From the IMG/VR virus record IMGVR_UViG_3300049141_000098, positions 1 to 64,000 of that record: DNA of 64,000 bases; one strand, written 5' to 3'. The position numbers were made by a program, and so were the translations under genes. Within the stretch, counting starts at the first letter, position 1; the number at the start of each line of letters is the position of its first letter. Shown here one piece after another: positions 45,244-54,476 of the stretch. The notes under the pieces are model-generated. The model searched no databases. It saw nothing but the letters and a program-made list of their open reading frames with translations, and had not been told where the DNA came from. The stretch comes from a virus (taxonomy: Duplodnaviria; Caudoviricetes).

Positions 45244-45659
45244 CGCTTCACCTTCTGTTCGTGCACCACAATGATGTGACGGCGCTTGACTCCGGTGGAC
45301 TTGATTTCAGTGGTATCTCCGACGAGCTTCCAGCCGTGAGTGATACCACCTTCTCCGTGGTATTTACCAAGGCACTGGCAGTCGCATTCACGGCCTTTCG
45401 CCTTCTTGCAGCGAGTGTCGCATTTGTCGACGCCCCGGAAATCGATGTAGACGTCGATGCGTCCAAGGCGTTTTGCCATCGCCTCGACCACGGTGGGGAA
45501 GTGATTGCGCGCGACCCACCAGCACCTGTTGGGTTTGTCCCACTCGGGTCGTATTCGGGCTCCCAGAGTTTCTTTGAGCCAGGTCCGATTGGTGCGGGCG
45601 TAAGGCATGCGAATGGCGACGCGGCCTTCGATTGGACGAGTCACCCAATATTGCGGCAT
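45240..45659 (-). CDS. Hypothetical Cys-rich protein
   Basis: ATG at 45659 with GGGAGGG RBS; 'CDTRC..AKGRECDCQCLG..HG'. Confidence 0.6.
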   Translation of the reverse strand: MPQYWVTRPIEGRVAIRMPYARTNRTWLKETLGARIRPEWDKPNRCWWVARNHFPTVVEAMAKRLGRIDVYIDFRGVDKCDTRCKKAKGRECDCQCLGKYHGEGGITHGWKLVGDTTEIKSTGVKRRHIIVVHEQKVKR

Positions 45660-45676
45660 TCCACCCTCCCCTTCTT

Positions 45677-46204
45677 TTACTGCTTGGGCGTCCCTGGCTC
45701 GATATAAGCGTCCAGCATCAACTCGCGACTTCCCTTTTCCTGGGCCGTGAGGTGAAAAGCCCGGGGGTTCTCGCTGCACCGGTATGAACGCTGCACGCCA
45801 GACTTGCCGTATCGATGAGCCAGGTCGCGGGCGTACCGTCGAGCCCGAGCCTCGGACCGATGGACCATCTGACGACAGGAGCAAATCGTCTTCTTGATCC
45901 TGAAGTGCCCCCGCTTCAGGCCTGGGGGGCCATCCGCCAGAAATCCTTCGAACGCGTCCTGGTCGCAGGTCAGCCACTCTTCTTCGTTCCACAGCAGGAC
46001 GTAGCGGCGAACGCGAACGCGGCCGTTGACGATGCGAGCCATCACCATTGACTCGTGCGTCGACTTGGACCGGGTGCCCTTCGTTGCGTGGACGAAGGCG
46101 AGCTTCGACCTCCTCCAATACCGCTCGGTGGTGTGCCAGCGGCGCTGGCCGAACTCCGTCAGGTAGTCGGCCAGCGCCGCTGCGAGGCGGTCCTGGTCAC
46201 CCAT
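45677..46204 (-). CDS. Hypothetical protein
   Basis: Overlaps the UvrD stop; C-terminal 'YRC...FHLT'. Confidence 0.55.
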   Translation of the reverse strand: MGDQDRLAAALADYLTEFGQRRWHTTERYWRRSKLAFVHATKGTRSKSTHESMVMARIVNGRVRVRRYVLLWNEEEWLTCDQDAFEGFLADGPPGLKRGHFRIKKTICSCRQMVHRSEARARRYARDLAHRYGKSGVQRSYRCSENPRAFHLTAQEKGSRELMLDAYIEPGTPKQ

Positions 46205-47762
46205 TGCCGACGGCGACCGGCTCCGCCTCCTGAGCCGGAGCCGGGTACTTGTCGATCCACTTCAGACCGGACCGGTCGAGATGCTCCTGGGCCCGAGTGA
46301 CGGCAACGTAGTGGACCATCGCTTCATGCCGATCGATCTCGCCGGGCTCCAGCGTCTTGGTCTGCTCGTTCTCGACGGGGGCGGGCTCACGGAAATCGTC
46401 GGCGATCTGAACTCGCCTCCACTCCAGGCCCTTGATCGAATGGCAGGTGCTGATGGCCAGGTCATGCTTCGGGTAGCGAGGACTGTAGTCCACGATCTTC
46501 TCGCAGGCATCGAGCAGCCTCCCCACTCCATAGGACTGGACGAGGCGGACGAGCGGCTTGTACTGCCCTCCTGCGGGCTCGTCGGTGAACTCGACGAACT
46601 CGGCCCAACTGGTGAAGTGACTCAACTCCACGTCGCTCGGGCGCTCGCCCTTCATGAGGGAGTTTGCCGCATAGGCGAGGCTCTGGATCTGCTCCTTGCC
46701 ACGCACCAGGGCCACTCGCTTGCCGACGGTGAGGTAGCTCATCGCCCACTCCATAGCCCCCGCGTTGGACCGGGTCAGCACCACGTCCGGGTCAGGCATC
46801 TGTCCTTCGGTGACGCTGTCCTTGATCGTAGGAAGACCCTTGATCGTGATGCCGGTCTTCGTGTGGGCAAGATGCTTGGTCGCCTCCTCTGCCACGGCCG
46901 GTCCGAAGCGGAACGACTGCGTGAGGTACAGGCGCGGGCCATCGAACTTCAGGATCTGATCCGAGGCTCCACGCCACTGGTACAGCGTCTGCGCGGGGTC
47001 GCCGATCAGTACGGCCTGGGCCTTCTGGTTGTCGATGAAGCGCATCGTCGTGTCGTTCGAGTCCTGCGCCTCGTCGCAGATCACCACGTCGTAACCGTAG
47101 TTGACGCCGCCGTCGGAGATGAGCTTGAAGGCCATGTTCATCGAGAAGCGCAGGTTGGAGTCCGGCTGGATGGAGCGGCTCCACAGCTTCCGGGCAAGGT
47201 TGGCAATGTACCTGCGGGCGGCCTCAAGAACGGCAGGCTCAACGCCGTGGACCACGAGAGGCACGTCGTAGGACGTGATCTTCGGGCGGTTGGAGTTGCA
47301 GAATCGCTCGATCGCTTCCTGGGCTAGCTTGGCCTGGGCGTACCCATCGAGGAAGAGGTTGTCGCCGAAATCTACGTCGTCGAGCCTCATGCGCCGGGCG
47401 ACCTCGCGGGCAGGGATGGCCTTCGCCTTGGGGTCCATGCGGAGTACGTACTTCTCCGCGATCTCCTTGCCTCGCCCGGGGTGGCTTGCCTCGTGACGCT
47501 TGTGGTCGGCATACGCCCGCCAGGCGAACGAACTGGTGGTGCGTACGTCCACCCACGTCATGCCAGCCTGCGCGAACTTGCGCTCCGCGTCCAGCTTGGC
47601 CGACTTGTTGTAGACGAGGTAGAGAACCTTCAGCCCCTTCCGTACGCCCCCCATGCCGAGGGCTGTGGCGCTCTTGCCGGAACCGGCGGGAGCTACGAGG
47701 GCGAAGGACTCTCCCTCGGCGGCGAGGTCTATGGCGGCCTGCTGCTCCTCCGTGAACTTCAC
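46197..47762 (-). CDS. SF1 UvrD/Rep-like helicase
   Basis: 'APAGSGKS', 'DEAQD', 'IGDPAQTLYQWRGA', 'SFRFG', 'TCHSIKGLEW' and 'YVAVTRA'. Confidence 0.9.
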   Translation of the reverse strand: MKFTEEQQAAIDLAAEGESFALVAPAGSGKSATALGMGGVRKGLKVLYLVYNKSAKLDAERKFAQAGMTWVDVRTTSSFAWRAYADHKRHEASHPGRGKEIAEKYVLRMDPKAKAIPAREVARRMRLDDVDFGDNLFLDGYAQAKLAQEAIERFCNSNRPKITSYDVPLVVHGVEPAVLEAARRYIANLARKLWSRSIQPDSNLRFSMNMAFKLISDGGVNYGYDVVICDEAQDSNDTTMRFIDNQKAQAVLIGDPAQTLYQWRGASDQILKFDGPRLYLTQSFRFGPAVAEEATKHLAHTKTGITIKGLPTIKDSVTEGQMPDPDVVLTRSNAGAMEWAMSYLTVGKRVALVRGKEQIQSLAYAANSLMKGERPSDVELSHFTSWAEFVEFTDEPAGGQYKPLVRLVQSYGVGRLLDACEKIVDYSPRYPKHDLAISTCHSIKGLEWRRVQIADDFREPAPVENEQTKTLEPGEIDRHEAMVHYVAVTRAQEHLDRSGLKWIDKYPAPAQEAEPVAVGNG

Positions 47763-47840
47763 GTCTTCTCCTACTCCATCTTCGCGTATCAGGCCCCGGA
47801 GAGTCATTCTCCAGGTTGTCGCCCTCCAGCGCCGGAGTTT

Positions 47841-48167
47841 CTAGCGGTCACCCTCCGCCTGCCGTGCGCTTTCAGACGCCTCGTCACCTGGGCCCCAGTC
47901 ATCATTGGGGCCCGGCACGAAGTCCATGGGGTACTTGTGAAAGTACGTGGCCAGCTTGTCGAGGTCTTCTGCACTCCAGGTGCCCGCATCGATCTTGCGT
48001 GGCATGTAGGGGCGGGAGACTCCCATAAAGTCGGCCAACTCGTTTTGCTTCTCCGTGTACAACCTGCGAGGGTTTCTGCTGGTCGCCAGCGCATCTCTGT
48101 CCTCGCTGACCGCATCGGCCAACAGGTTCTTCACGGTCTGACTGATGATGTCCCCAGTGGAACGCAC
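47841..48167 (-). CDS. XRE/Cro-like HTH protein
   Basis: 'KQNELADFMGVSRPYM...WSAEDLDKLATYF'; GAGGAGG RBS. Confidence 0.7.
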   Translation of the reverse strand: MRSTGDIISQTVKNLLADAVSEDRDALATSRNPRRLYTEKQNELADFMGVSRPYMPRKIDAGTWSAEDLDKLATYFHKYPMDFVPGPNDDWGPGDEASESARQAEGDR

Positions 48168-48242
48168 AGGTACCTCCTCGTGAGCGCGTTGCTCAAAGAT
48201 ACCTGGATTTAGCGTGTACCTGCGATTCTATCACCAGCGTCG

Positions 48243-48878
48243 TCAACCAGACCACAGAGATGTGAGGTGCTGAACCAGTTCCTGATCCTTCCCGTCAACC
48301 CGAAGCGTGAAGTGGAGAACGCCGGAAGATTCGGCTTCATCCCGAAGACGCTGCCTGTGCTCCTCGACCTTCGCCACCAGAGCGCGCTTGTAGATGCTCT
48401 CCGCCCGCTTCTCCTTGACCCTGTTGAGGTACGAGCGCGCGTTGGACTGCTCCTTGGTCGCAGATCCGCGCGCTTCGATCGGGATGATGTCCGCGACCGG
48501 ACTCCCCCCTTCCACTCCCTCGCATGCGCCAGTCGAGGCGACTGGATCGACGGGGGGCTGAGGCTCTGAGGGGGTGGCCGGAAGTTCCGGCTCCGGAAGG
48601 GGGACGTCCTGCACCGGTCGCTGCTCGCGCAGCTCTACGTCCTTCACGGCGGGTGTCTGCTGCTTGTCGCTCGTTCCGTAGATGCGGAGAGCTTCCTCGC
48701 GACCGCCTTGCACGTAACCGTAGAAGACGTCAGCGACGAAGAGGACGTCCTCGATGTTCGGGATCCCCCTGCGAATGCTTCCGTCCGGCATCTGCTGGTC
48801 GGCGACGCCGCTGATGGGTGCGCAGAACGAGGCGGCAGCCGAGATGGCGGTGGCCCTTGCTTCCTGATCAGGAGTCAC
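48243..48878 (-). CDS. Hypothetical protein
   Basis: GAAAGGAAAG RBS; Pro-rich linker. Confidence 0.6.
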   Translation of the reverse strand: MTPDQEARATAISAAASFCAPISGVADQQMPDGSIRRGIPNIEDVLFVADVFYGYVQGGREEALRIYGTSDKQQTPAVKDVELREQRPVQDVPLPEPELPATPSEPQPPVDPVASTGACEGVEGGSPVADIIPIEARGSATKEQSNARSYLNRVKEKRAESIYKRALVAKVEEHRQRLRDEAESSGVLHFTLRVDGKDQELVQHLTSLWSG

Positions 48879-48896
48879 GTCCCTTTCCTTTCCGGC

Positions 48897-49058
48897 TCAT
48901 TTCCAGCGGGGAAGCGTCTGATAGAACGCTAGGTACCCGATGATGTAGAGCGCCGACAGTGCGACAAGGATGACGGCACTCTCGACCAGCGCGACGCCGA
49001 GTCGGCGCAGGTAGTCCCCCACCCGGGCTCCTGTGTGCGCTGATGAATCATGTGGCAT
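48897..49058 (-). CDS. Small membrane protein
   Basis: One long hydrophobic helix. Confidence 0.4.
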   Translation of the reverse strand: MPHDSSAHTGARVGDYLRRLGVALVESAVILVALSALYIIGYLAFYQTLPRWK

Positions 49059-49253
49059 GTGCGACCACCTGTCATCGCCCCATCTTCCGGACCTCATTCA
49101 CGTCGTCGAGGCGATAGCCGATGCCCGTCAGTGTGCGGACGGGCTTCACGTTCCGGCCGAGGATGTTCCTTGCCCGCCGCATGTTCACGCCCATGCGAGC
49201 TGCGGCTTCCGGGAGGGTGACCACGGGGTCATTGGGGTTCATGTGCATGGCAG

Positions 49254-49796
49254 CTACTCTGCCACGTCCTTTTCCAATGCGGAACTGATCAGATCCAGTT
49301 GACGAAACGCCAAGGTGAGAACGACCTCCCCGAGAGAGCCCAAGCCCAAGACTCGCTGCGCCTTCTTCAGATCTGCACTTCTCTCATGCACGAGTTGCTC
49401 GAATTGAATCTGCTTCTTCGCTAGGGCCACGACGTCGTTCATGGATTCCAAGCCCGCGCTACTTGCCGCCTTGCGGACCTGAACCTGCTCCATCGCCAGC
49501 GGCACAAGTTCGTCCGTAGATTCAAAACCTGCACCACTCGCGGCTGCTTCAAGACTGCTCTGCTTCTTTGCCAGGACGATCAGTTCGTCCACGGACGCCG
49601 ATGCATCGGCTCTGGAGCTTACGATCTCTTGAACTTGACACTGCCTCAGGGACAGGGCCCTGATCACATCCACCTCGTACTTGAGGCCCAACTCCTTCTG
49701 CGCCTCTTTGATTTGATGCATCTCCGTCGGAGTCCATCGGATAGCGGTTCGTTCACTACGGACCTCTGCGTCCGACTCCCTGCTTCGTCCAGCCAT
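49254..49796 (-). CDS. Ribbon-helix-helix DNA-binding protein (CopG/MobC-like) with internal repeats
   Basis: 'RTAIRWTPTEMHQIKEAQKELGLKYEVDVIR'; GAAGGAGG RBS; repeated 'DELxxLAxxQ...AAxxAGxES' units. Confidence 0.6.
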   Translation of the reverse strand: MAGRSRESDAEVRSERTAIRWTPTEMHQIKEAQKELGLKYEVDVIRALSLRQCQVQEIVSSRADASASVDELIVLAKKQSSLEAAASGAGFESTDELVPLAMEQVQVRKAASSAGLESMNDVVALAKKQIQFEQLVHERSADLKKAQRVLGLGSLGEVVLTLAFRQLDLISSALEKDVAE

Positions 49797-49813
49797 GCCC
49801 CCTCCTTCCTGGT

Positions 49814-49866
49814 GGCCTAGGTCAATCATACGCACGAATGGCAGCCATTCGCAATGGCTGCCATTC
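49814..49866. promoter_or_regulatory. Promoter of the RHH gene with a GGCCTAGGTC operator variant and two tandem AATGGCWGCCATT palindromes
   Basis: - strand TTGCGA-18 nt-TATGAT; palindromes at 49836-49850 and 49853-49866. Confidence 0.65.
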
Positions 49867-49895
49867 AAGGGATGCGACCCAGCCCCCCGGGAGGT

Positions 49896-50312
49896 TCAGT
49901 TCTCGTACTGCCGCCCTGGGCTGGAGGTCAGGGCGAAGACCACCGCGAGAGCTGCGATGACTGCGTTGACCAGGGAGTATGTGAGGAAGGCGGCGACGCC
50001 GCTGACGCCTGCCACGATCCACATGCCCACATAGAGACGGTAGTCATGCACCTTGTGCTCGACGACTTCCTCGCGGATGTAGGGCGACTCCTGCTGGATG
50101 CGGGTTGTCAGCTCGTAGTCCATCTCGCGGGCGCGCACGGTCGCCTCGGGCCCGTGGGCGCTTGCTTCTGGTGGCAGGCGTGCAGAATCCGCGCCGGTTG
50201 CGTGCTCAACGGGGGTGTAACCCTGCGTTGGCACAGTGCGGGTCTCCAGGCGCGCAGAAGCCAGAGTGCGACGTGACCGTGCACCCCATACCTCATCCTT
50301 CTCGTAAGTCAC
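49896..50312 (-). CDS. Membrane protein with C-terminal TM helices
   Basis: Hydrophobic C-terminus; start uncertain. Confidence 0.5.
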   Translation of the reverse strand: MTYEKDEVWGARSRRTLASARLETRTVPTQGYTPVEHATGADSARLPPEASAHGPEATVRAREMDYELTTRIQQESPYIREEVVEHKVHDYRLYVGMWIVAGVSGVAAFLTYSLVNAVIAALAVVFALTSSPGRQYEN

Positions 50313-50412
50313 TGCTGTCGCATCACCTTTCCCTCCACTTCCGAACTCGATTGTGCGGCATATGGCCGCAGTCTGCAAAGCATCAAGTAGCCCGACCGGA
50401 GCCGGGTTTCTG

Positions 50413-51201
50413 TCACAACTGCAAGAACACCAGCAGCGCGTTCGCTGCCAGGGAGACGCCGATGGCGGGCCCCTTCTCCCGCGAAGAGCCGGAGGTCACC
50501 GCCCGGCCTAACAGCCGAATGCTCCACCAGCGTTTGCCCTGGATGGGGATGGGCCAGAAGGCGGGCACGCCGCCCTTCGTGCAAGCGTCGGCCACGATGT
50601 GACTCAGGTAGCCCCCCGCAGCAGCAAGTGCCATCAGCCATGGATTCAGCAGGAGTGCGCTTCCCGCAGCCGTCATTGCGGCGCCGATCACGACCAAACC
50701 GGCCGCCCCTCGATGTAGGGGTCGGAGCAGGAAGACGCCAAACGCAGCCGCGAGTGCAGCGGTGATGGGGCCAGCGAAGGTCAGAATGTAGGCCATCACG
50801 CCAACCATCAAGCTGGCAGCAATGGTGTGGGTGAGGGTGCGGTGGTAGGGATCCCTCCATCGTCTCGCCCGAGCCCACTCGATGGAGGCCAGATCGCGGT
50901 GTGTTCCGGTGCTGCGGTACACCCCCGAGCACACTTTGTGAACGACCTTGTGGGCAGCACCCCCAAGTGCCCGGTCGGCCGCCGCGTTGCGGCAGTCGAT
51001 GTCGGGAAGCAGAGAGTATCCGGCGGATACCGCCGCCATCGCGACACCCTGAAAGATCGTTACGTGTTGCGTAATGACAAGACCAATCGGTGTCGACGCC
51101 CCGATTGCCGCGTGCACAGACCCTTTCACCCCAACACCTGCCGCTTCAGCGTGGCCTCCTCCTGTGTTGCCCGAGATGGTGAGGTGCAGCATGGAGTCCA
51201 T
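50413..51201 (-). CDS. YdjM-like membrane metal-dependent hydrolase
   Basis: 'SLLPDID', 'HRTLTH' and 'GYLSHIVADACT..GVP'; start uncertain. Confidence 0.8.
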   Translation of the reverse strand: MDSMLHLTISGNTGGGHAEAAGVGVKGSVHAAIGASTPIGLVITQHVTIFQGVAMAAVSAGYSLLPDIDCRNAAADRALGGAAHKVVHKVCSGVYRSTGTHRDLASIEWARARRWRDPYHRTLTHTIAASLMVGVMAYILTFAGPITAALAAAFGVFLLRPLHRGAAGLVVIGAAMTAAGSALLLNPWLMALAAAGGYLSHIVADACTKGGVPAFWPIPIQGKRWWSIRLLGRAVTSGSSREKGPAIGVSLAANALLVFLQL

Positions 51202-51366
51202 CGCCCTTCCTTGGCGCGCCAGCCGCGACCGAGGCACCAGGGGCACGGCCGACCCCTCCGGCAGTTCGCGCAGAAGGATCGGGTGCTCTTTATGGCGGTG
51301 CAGCCGTCACAGTCCGATTCGGGTGGGCTGATGCTTGTGTATCGGACGGCGCTCTGTTCGCTCACG

Positions 51367-51684
51367 TCAGTTCCCCCAGCCGTTTCCGTCGAGCACTGTG
51401 TAAACCTCTTTCCGATATCCGAGGGCGACTATCGACTTGCCTGGAATGAAGATCACTCGCAGTTTGTCGTGGGCAACTTTCCATGGGAGTGCGCCGAAGC
51501 GACCACGCGTGGCCTGGCCGTTGGTCATTCGAACGCTCCCCCGGGGCGTCTCCCCTGTCAAGATTTGATCAACCAGTCTCTGAATCCGCTTGGCTGCCTG
51601 CGCGTCAGTCTTGTGAAGCTTCTTCAAAGCTCGTCTTGCAACCGGCTCAATCTCAACCCTTGCAGCCACACCCGTTCCTGACAC
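51367..51684 (-). CDS. RelE/ParE-like toxin
   Basis: 'VEIEPVARRALKKL...AKRIQRLVDQI...LRVIF...VALGYRKEVY'. Confidence 0.65.
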   Translation of the reverse strand: MSGTGVAARVEIEPVARRALKKLHKTDAQAAKRIQRLVDQILTGETPRGSVRMTNGQATRGRFGALPWKVAHDKLRVIFIPGKSIVALGYRKEVYTVLDGNGWGN

Positions 51685-51752
51685 AGCTTCTCTTCCTTTC
51701 CAAATACAGAAGGCGGCCGAAGCGATGCGCTCCGGCCGCCCATGGCGCTGCT

Positions 51753-52220
51753 TCAGGCCTTCTGGTTCTCCTCGTGCTCGGCCCACAGTTCGCTGAAGGT
51801 CTTGCCGTCGTCCTCAGAGAGCGAGATCTCCGTGCTCTCCGAGATGGACTTGCCCGCCTTGGCCTCCTGGACCCGGCGCAGGCGGCTCTTGGCCCGCTCC
51901 GTTGTGCACTTGGTCTTGATCGCCAGCGAAGTGACGGGGTCCTGGTCGCGCGCCACGGCTTCGTCGTGGATCCGGGTCCACTCAGGCAGATCCTTGCGAA
52001 GGGACGCCTCCGCCAGTTCGACCGCGTGCGGATGCCGGTCCTTGGTGTCCTTGAGAAGGAGCTTGAAGATCTCCCGCTCGATACCCTCGTTGCTGCCGTC
52101 CTCAGCGCGAAGCGTCGCCTCGAAGCTGCGGAGGACCAGGTAGATGGCGCCCTCTCGGGAGACGCCGAGCTTCTGCATCTCTGCCTCCAGGAGGGCCGTC
52201 GGACTGTCGGGCATCTTCAT
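51753..52220 (-). CDS. Putative antitoxin
   Basis: Directly upstream of the RelE-like gene; acidic C-terminus 'DGKTFSELWAE'. Confidence 0.45.
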   Translation of the reverse strand: MKMPDSPTALLEAEMQKLGVSREGAIYLVLRSFEATLRAEDGSNEGIEREIFKLLLKDTKDRHPHAVELAEASLRKDLPEWTRIHDEAVARDQDPVTSLAIKTKCTTERAKSRLRRVQEAKAGKSISESTEISLSEDDGKTFSELWAEHEENQKA

Positions 52221-52273
52221 GCTGTTCTCCCATGTGATTCGATATGGCGGGGTGTTGACTGAGCGGATCTCGT

Positions 52274-52879
52274 CTACAGGCCAACTCGCGTGGCCCCGTA
52301 GTAGTCAGGCATGTAGTGGACCTTGTCGACTCGGATGAGGGTGCCGGTCCGGGGGGCGTGCAGCATCTTCCCGTCGCCTACATAGATGCCCACATGGTGA
52401 ATCGACCGCCAGTTGCCCTTCTGTCCGAAGAACACCAGGTCGCCCGGTTGCAGCTCGTTCCAAGCGGGGTGGACGTCGGTCGTCTTGTACTGGTCATTGG
52501 CCACGCGAGGCAGCCTGACGCCAGCTTTCGCATACGCCGCCTGGGTCAGCCCTGAGCAGTCGAACCGGCCGCCCTGGGCCGACGAACCCGTGCCGCCCCA
52601 GAGGTAGGGCACGCCAATCTTCGTCTTGGCGTATGCGATGGCCACGGCTGCGGCATCCCCCGAGCGGGAGCGGGAGACGCTTGAGGCGTCCTCCTCCTGC
52701 TGATCGGCTTCCTGCCGCCGCCTCTCCGGGGAGTACCAGTTGACCTCCTCGATCGCCGGGTTGTCGTTGGCCTTAGCGTTCGAGATGGGTGCGGCTTTGA
52801 GGGCCGCGCAGGACGTCATGATGGGCGTGAGTAGGGCCGCCGAAGCGACTGCGGCGATCACGCGCGGGGCTCGATTCAC
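52274..52879 (-). CDS. NlpC/P60 peptidoglycan endopeptidase, predicted lipoprotein
   Basis: 'PYLWGG...FDCSGL', 'PGDLVFF', 'HHVGIYVG..MLHAP'; signal peptide ending 'MTSC'. Confidence 0.9.
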   Translation of the reverse strand: MNRAPRVIAAVASAALLTPIMTSCAALKAAPISNAKANDNPAIEEVNWYSPERRRQEADQQEEDASSVSRSRSGDAAAVAIAYAKTKIGVPYLWGGTGSSAQGGRFDCSGLTQAAYAKAGVRLPRVANDQYKTTDVHPAWNELQPGDLVFFGQKGNWRSIHHVGIYVGDGKMLHAPRTGTLIRVDKVHYMPDYYGATRVGL

Positions 52880-53511
52880 CGCTCGTACTTCCTCGTCTTC
52901 CGCTCGATCATCTTCACGTACGTGTAGGTCTCGCAGTTAGCGAAGGAGCAGGGCGGGACGCCGCCGTACTGCTTCACCCGGAAGCCGCCCGCGTTGTATC
53001 CGGCGAGCATGTTCTTCCAGGTCGGGCCCGGCACGTCCTTCAAGCCCTTGGCCAGCTTGCAGTCGAACGTGGCGGCAGACGGGATGGCATCTTCGGGGTC
53101 GTACTTGTTTCTCTTGCCGTCCCCGTTGGCGTCGATCCCCTCCGTAGCCCAGGTCGAGTCGATGAACTGAGCCATACCCTTGGCGGAGGCCGGGGAGTTC
53201 AAGCGCCCGTCGATGACCTCCGGCTTGAAGTTCATGCTTTCCTGCTCAAGCTGGGCCGCGAGCAGTGCAGGGGTTAGCGTCTTGCACTTGTTGCCCCACT
53301 TGTTCACCAGCTCTTCCCACCGCTTCTTCGGCAGGGATCCTTCGCGGATCTGGGCACTGGAGCCAGTGAACTTGTAGCCCTGTTTTGCCTCAGGCTTCGC
53401 GACTGGAACCGCGTTTGCGGCGGACGGCACTGCCGGGATGAAACCTGTGATTGCCTGCACCGCTCCCGTGGCCAAGAAGATGCCAACGAAGGCGCCTCCA
53501 GCCCTACGCAT
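52876..53511 (-). CDS. Secreted lytic transglycosylase (SLT/GH23)
   Basis: 'LAAQLEQES', 'AKGMAQFIDSTW' and 'LAGYNAG'; signal peptide; GTGA coupling to NlpC/P60. Confidence 0.85.
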   Translation of the reverse strand: MRRAGGAFVGIFLATGAVQAITGFIPAVPSAANAVPVAKPEAKQGYKFTGSSAQIREGSLPKKRWEELVNKWGNKCKTLTPALLAAQLEQESMNFKPEVIDGRLNSPASAKGMAQFIDSTWATEGIDANGDGKRNKYDPEDAIPSAATFDCKLAKGLKDVPGPTWKNMLAGYNAGGFRVKQYGGVPPCSFANCETYTYVKMIERKTRKYER

Positions 53512-53551
53512 TCCCTTCTCCTTTCCTTGTAGCTGACACCACCATAACAAC

Positions 53552-53561
53552 GGCCTAGGCC
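53552..53561. promoter_or_regulatory. GGCCTAGGCC operator candidate within the spacer of the SLT promoter
   Basis: - strand TTGTTA-aatGGCCTAGGCCgttgt-TATGGT (18-nt spacer). Confidence 0.7.
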
Positions 53562-53628
53562 ATTTAACAAGGTGGTTCAGCACGGGACTTGAGGCAAGGA
53601 GGGTTTCCAGGCCGGGCCGGGAAACGCC

Positions 53629-53665
53629 GAAGCGGCTCACCTCCGCGAGGGAGGCGAGCCGCTTC
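53629..53665 (-). terminator. Hairpin after the 53674 gene
   Basis: GAAGCGGCTC / GAGCCGCTTC inverted repeat. Confidence 0.55.
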
Positions 53666-53673
53666 GAAGCCGT

Positions 53674-54267
53674 TCAGCCGATGTGCAGCAGCTGAGGGAT
53701 CCAGTGGCCGACGTTGAAGGTGATCTCGGAGAACGTGCCGCCTCCGAGGGGAAACACCAGGCCGCAGACGGCCCCGTAGGCCAGATCCTTCATGTCGTCA
53801 TCCCGGTTCCGCAGCGACAGGAGGACCAGGATGAAGCACAGGCCCGCCGCTCCGATGTCCGCCAGGATAGGAAAGCCCGACAGGGAGAGGATCAAATCCT
53901 GAACCCACTGGGCGAGGCTCAGCACCGCGCCCGGCTGACTGCTCAGGATGGCGGTCATGCCGAAGAGGCCGAACATGAACGTCATGAGGGACTTCCAGTC
54001 GAGCCCCTCGCTGTCGTTCCGCTTGGACAGGTTGTCCATGAGCCTCTTCGTGGTATCCCCGATGAGACGGTCGCCGAGCGAGACGAAGAGAGGGCCCCAG
54101 GGGCCCATCGGAACCATCTCGCCGGAGCCCCGACGCTTGCGGCCCCGGATGAACCAGGCCGACATGACGAGCAGGATGATGCCGACGCCAGCCATGGACA
54201 TGTGGCCGACCCAGGATGTCTCCGGGACGTCGACCTGCTGCTGTTGGACTACCGCCAGGGTGTTCAC
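53674..54267 (-). CDS. Polytopic membrane protein (putative transfer/spread function)
   Basis: Four hydrophobic segments; AAGGAGAAGAAAG RBS. Confidence 0.65.
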   Translation of the reverse strand: MNTLAVVQQQQVDVPETSWVGHMSMAGVGIILLVMSAWFIRGRKRRGSGEMVPMGPWGPLFVSLGDRLIGDTTKRLMDNLSKRNDSEGLDWKSLMTFMFGLFGMTAILSSQPGAVLSLAQWVQDLILSLSGFPILADIGAAGLCFILVLLSLRNRDDDMKDLAYGAVCGLVFPLGGGTFSEITFNVGHWIPQLLHIG

Positions 54268-54476
54268 CTTTCTTCTCCTTTTCGGTGTGGAGCGCTGGGC
54301 TTGGCGCCCCCTGCTCTTACTTGCCGTGTGTGGGCGTCAGGATCGGCAGGTCGTTGTTGTTGTTGCGCATCTCGTTCTTTCTCCTTTCCGAGCGTTGGCC
54401 CGCAGGCCACGCTTAGCGCGCTCCGGCCGTTGTGAGGCGGCACCGCACCCATAAGGTGCGTCGGAGGCTTGATGCA

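Noticed and set aside
52274-53511. SLT and NlpC/P60 as the canonical endolysin cassette
   Set aside because: Both are exported, lie far from the late genes on the opposite strand, have no adjacent holin and sit among transfer-like genes; not fully excluded.
54351-54365. (GTT)n microsatellite and small ORF 54264-54452
   Set aside because: Too short to be meaningful; it may just encode a poly-Gln run in a doubtful small ORF.
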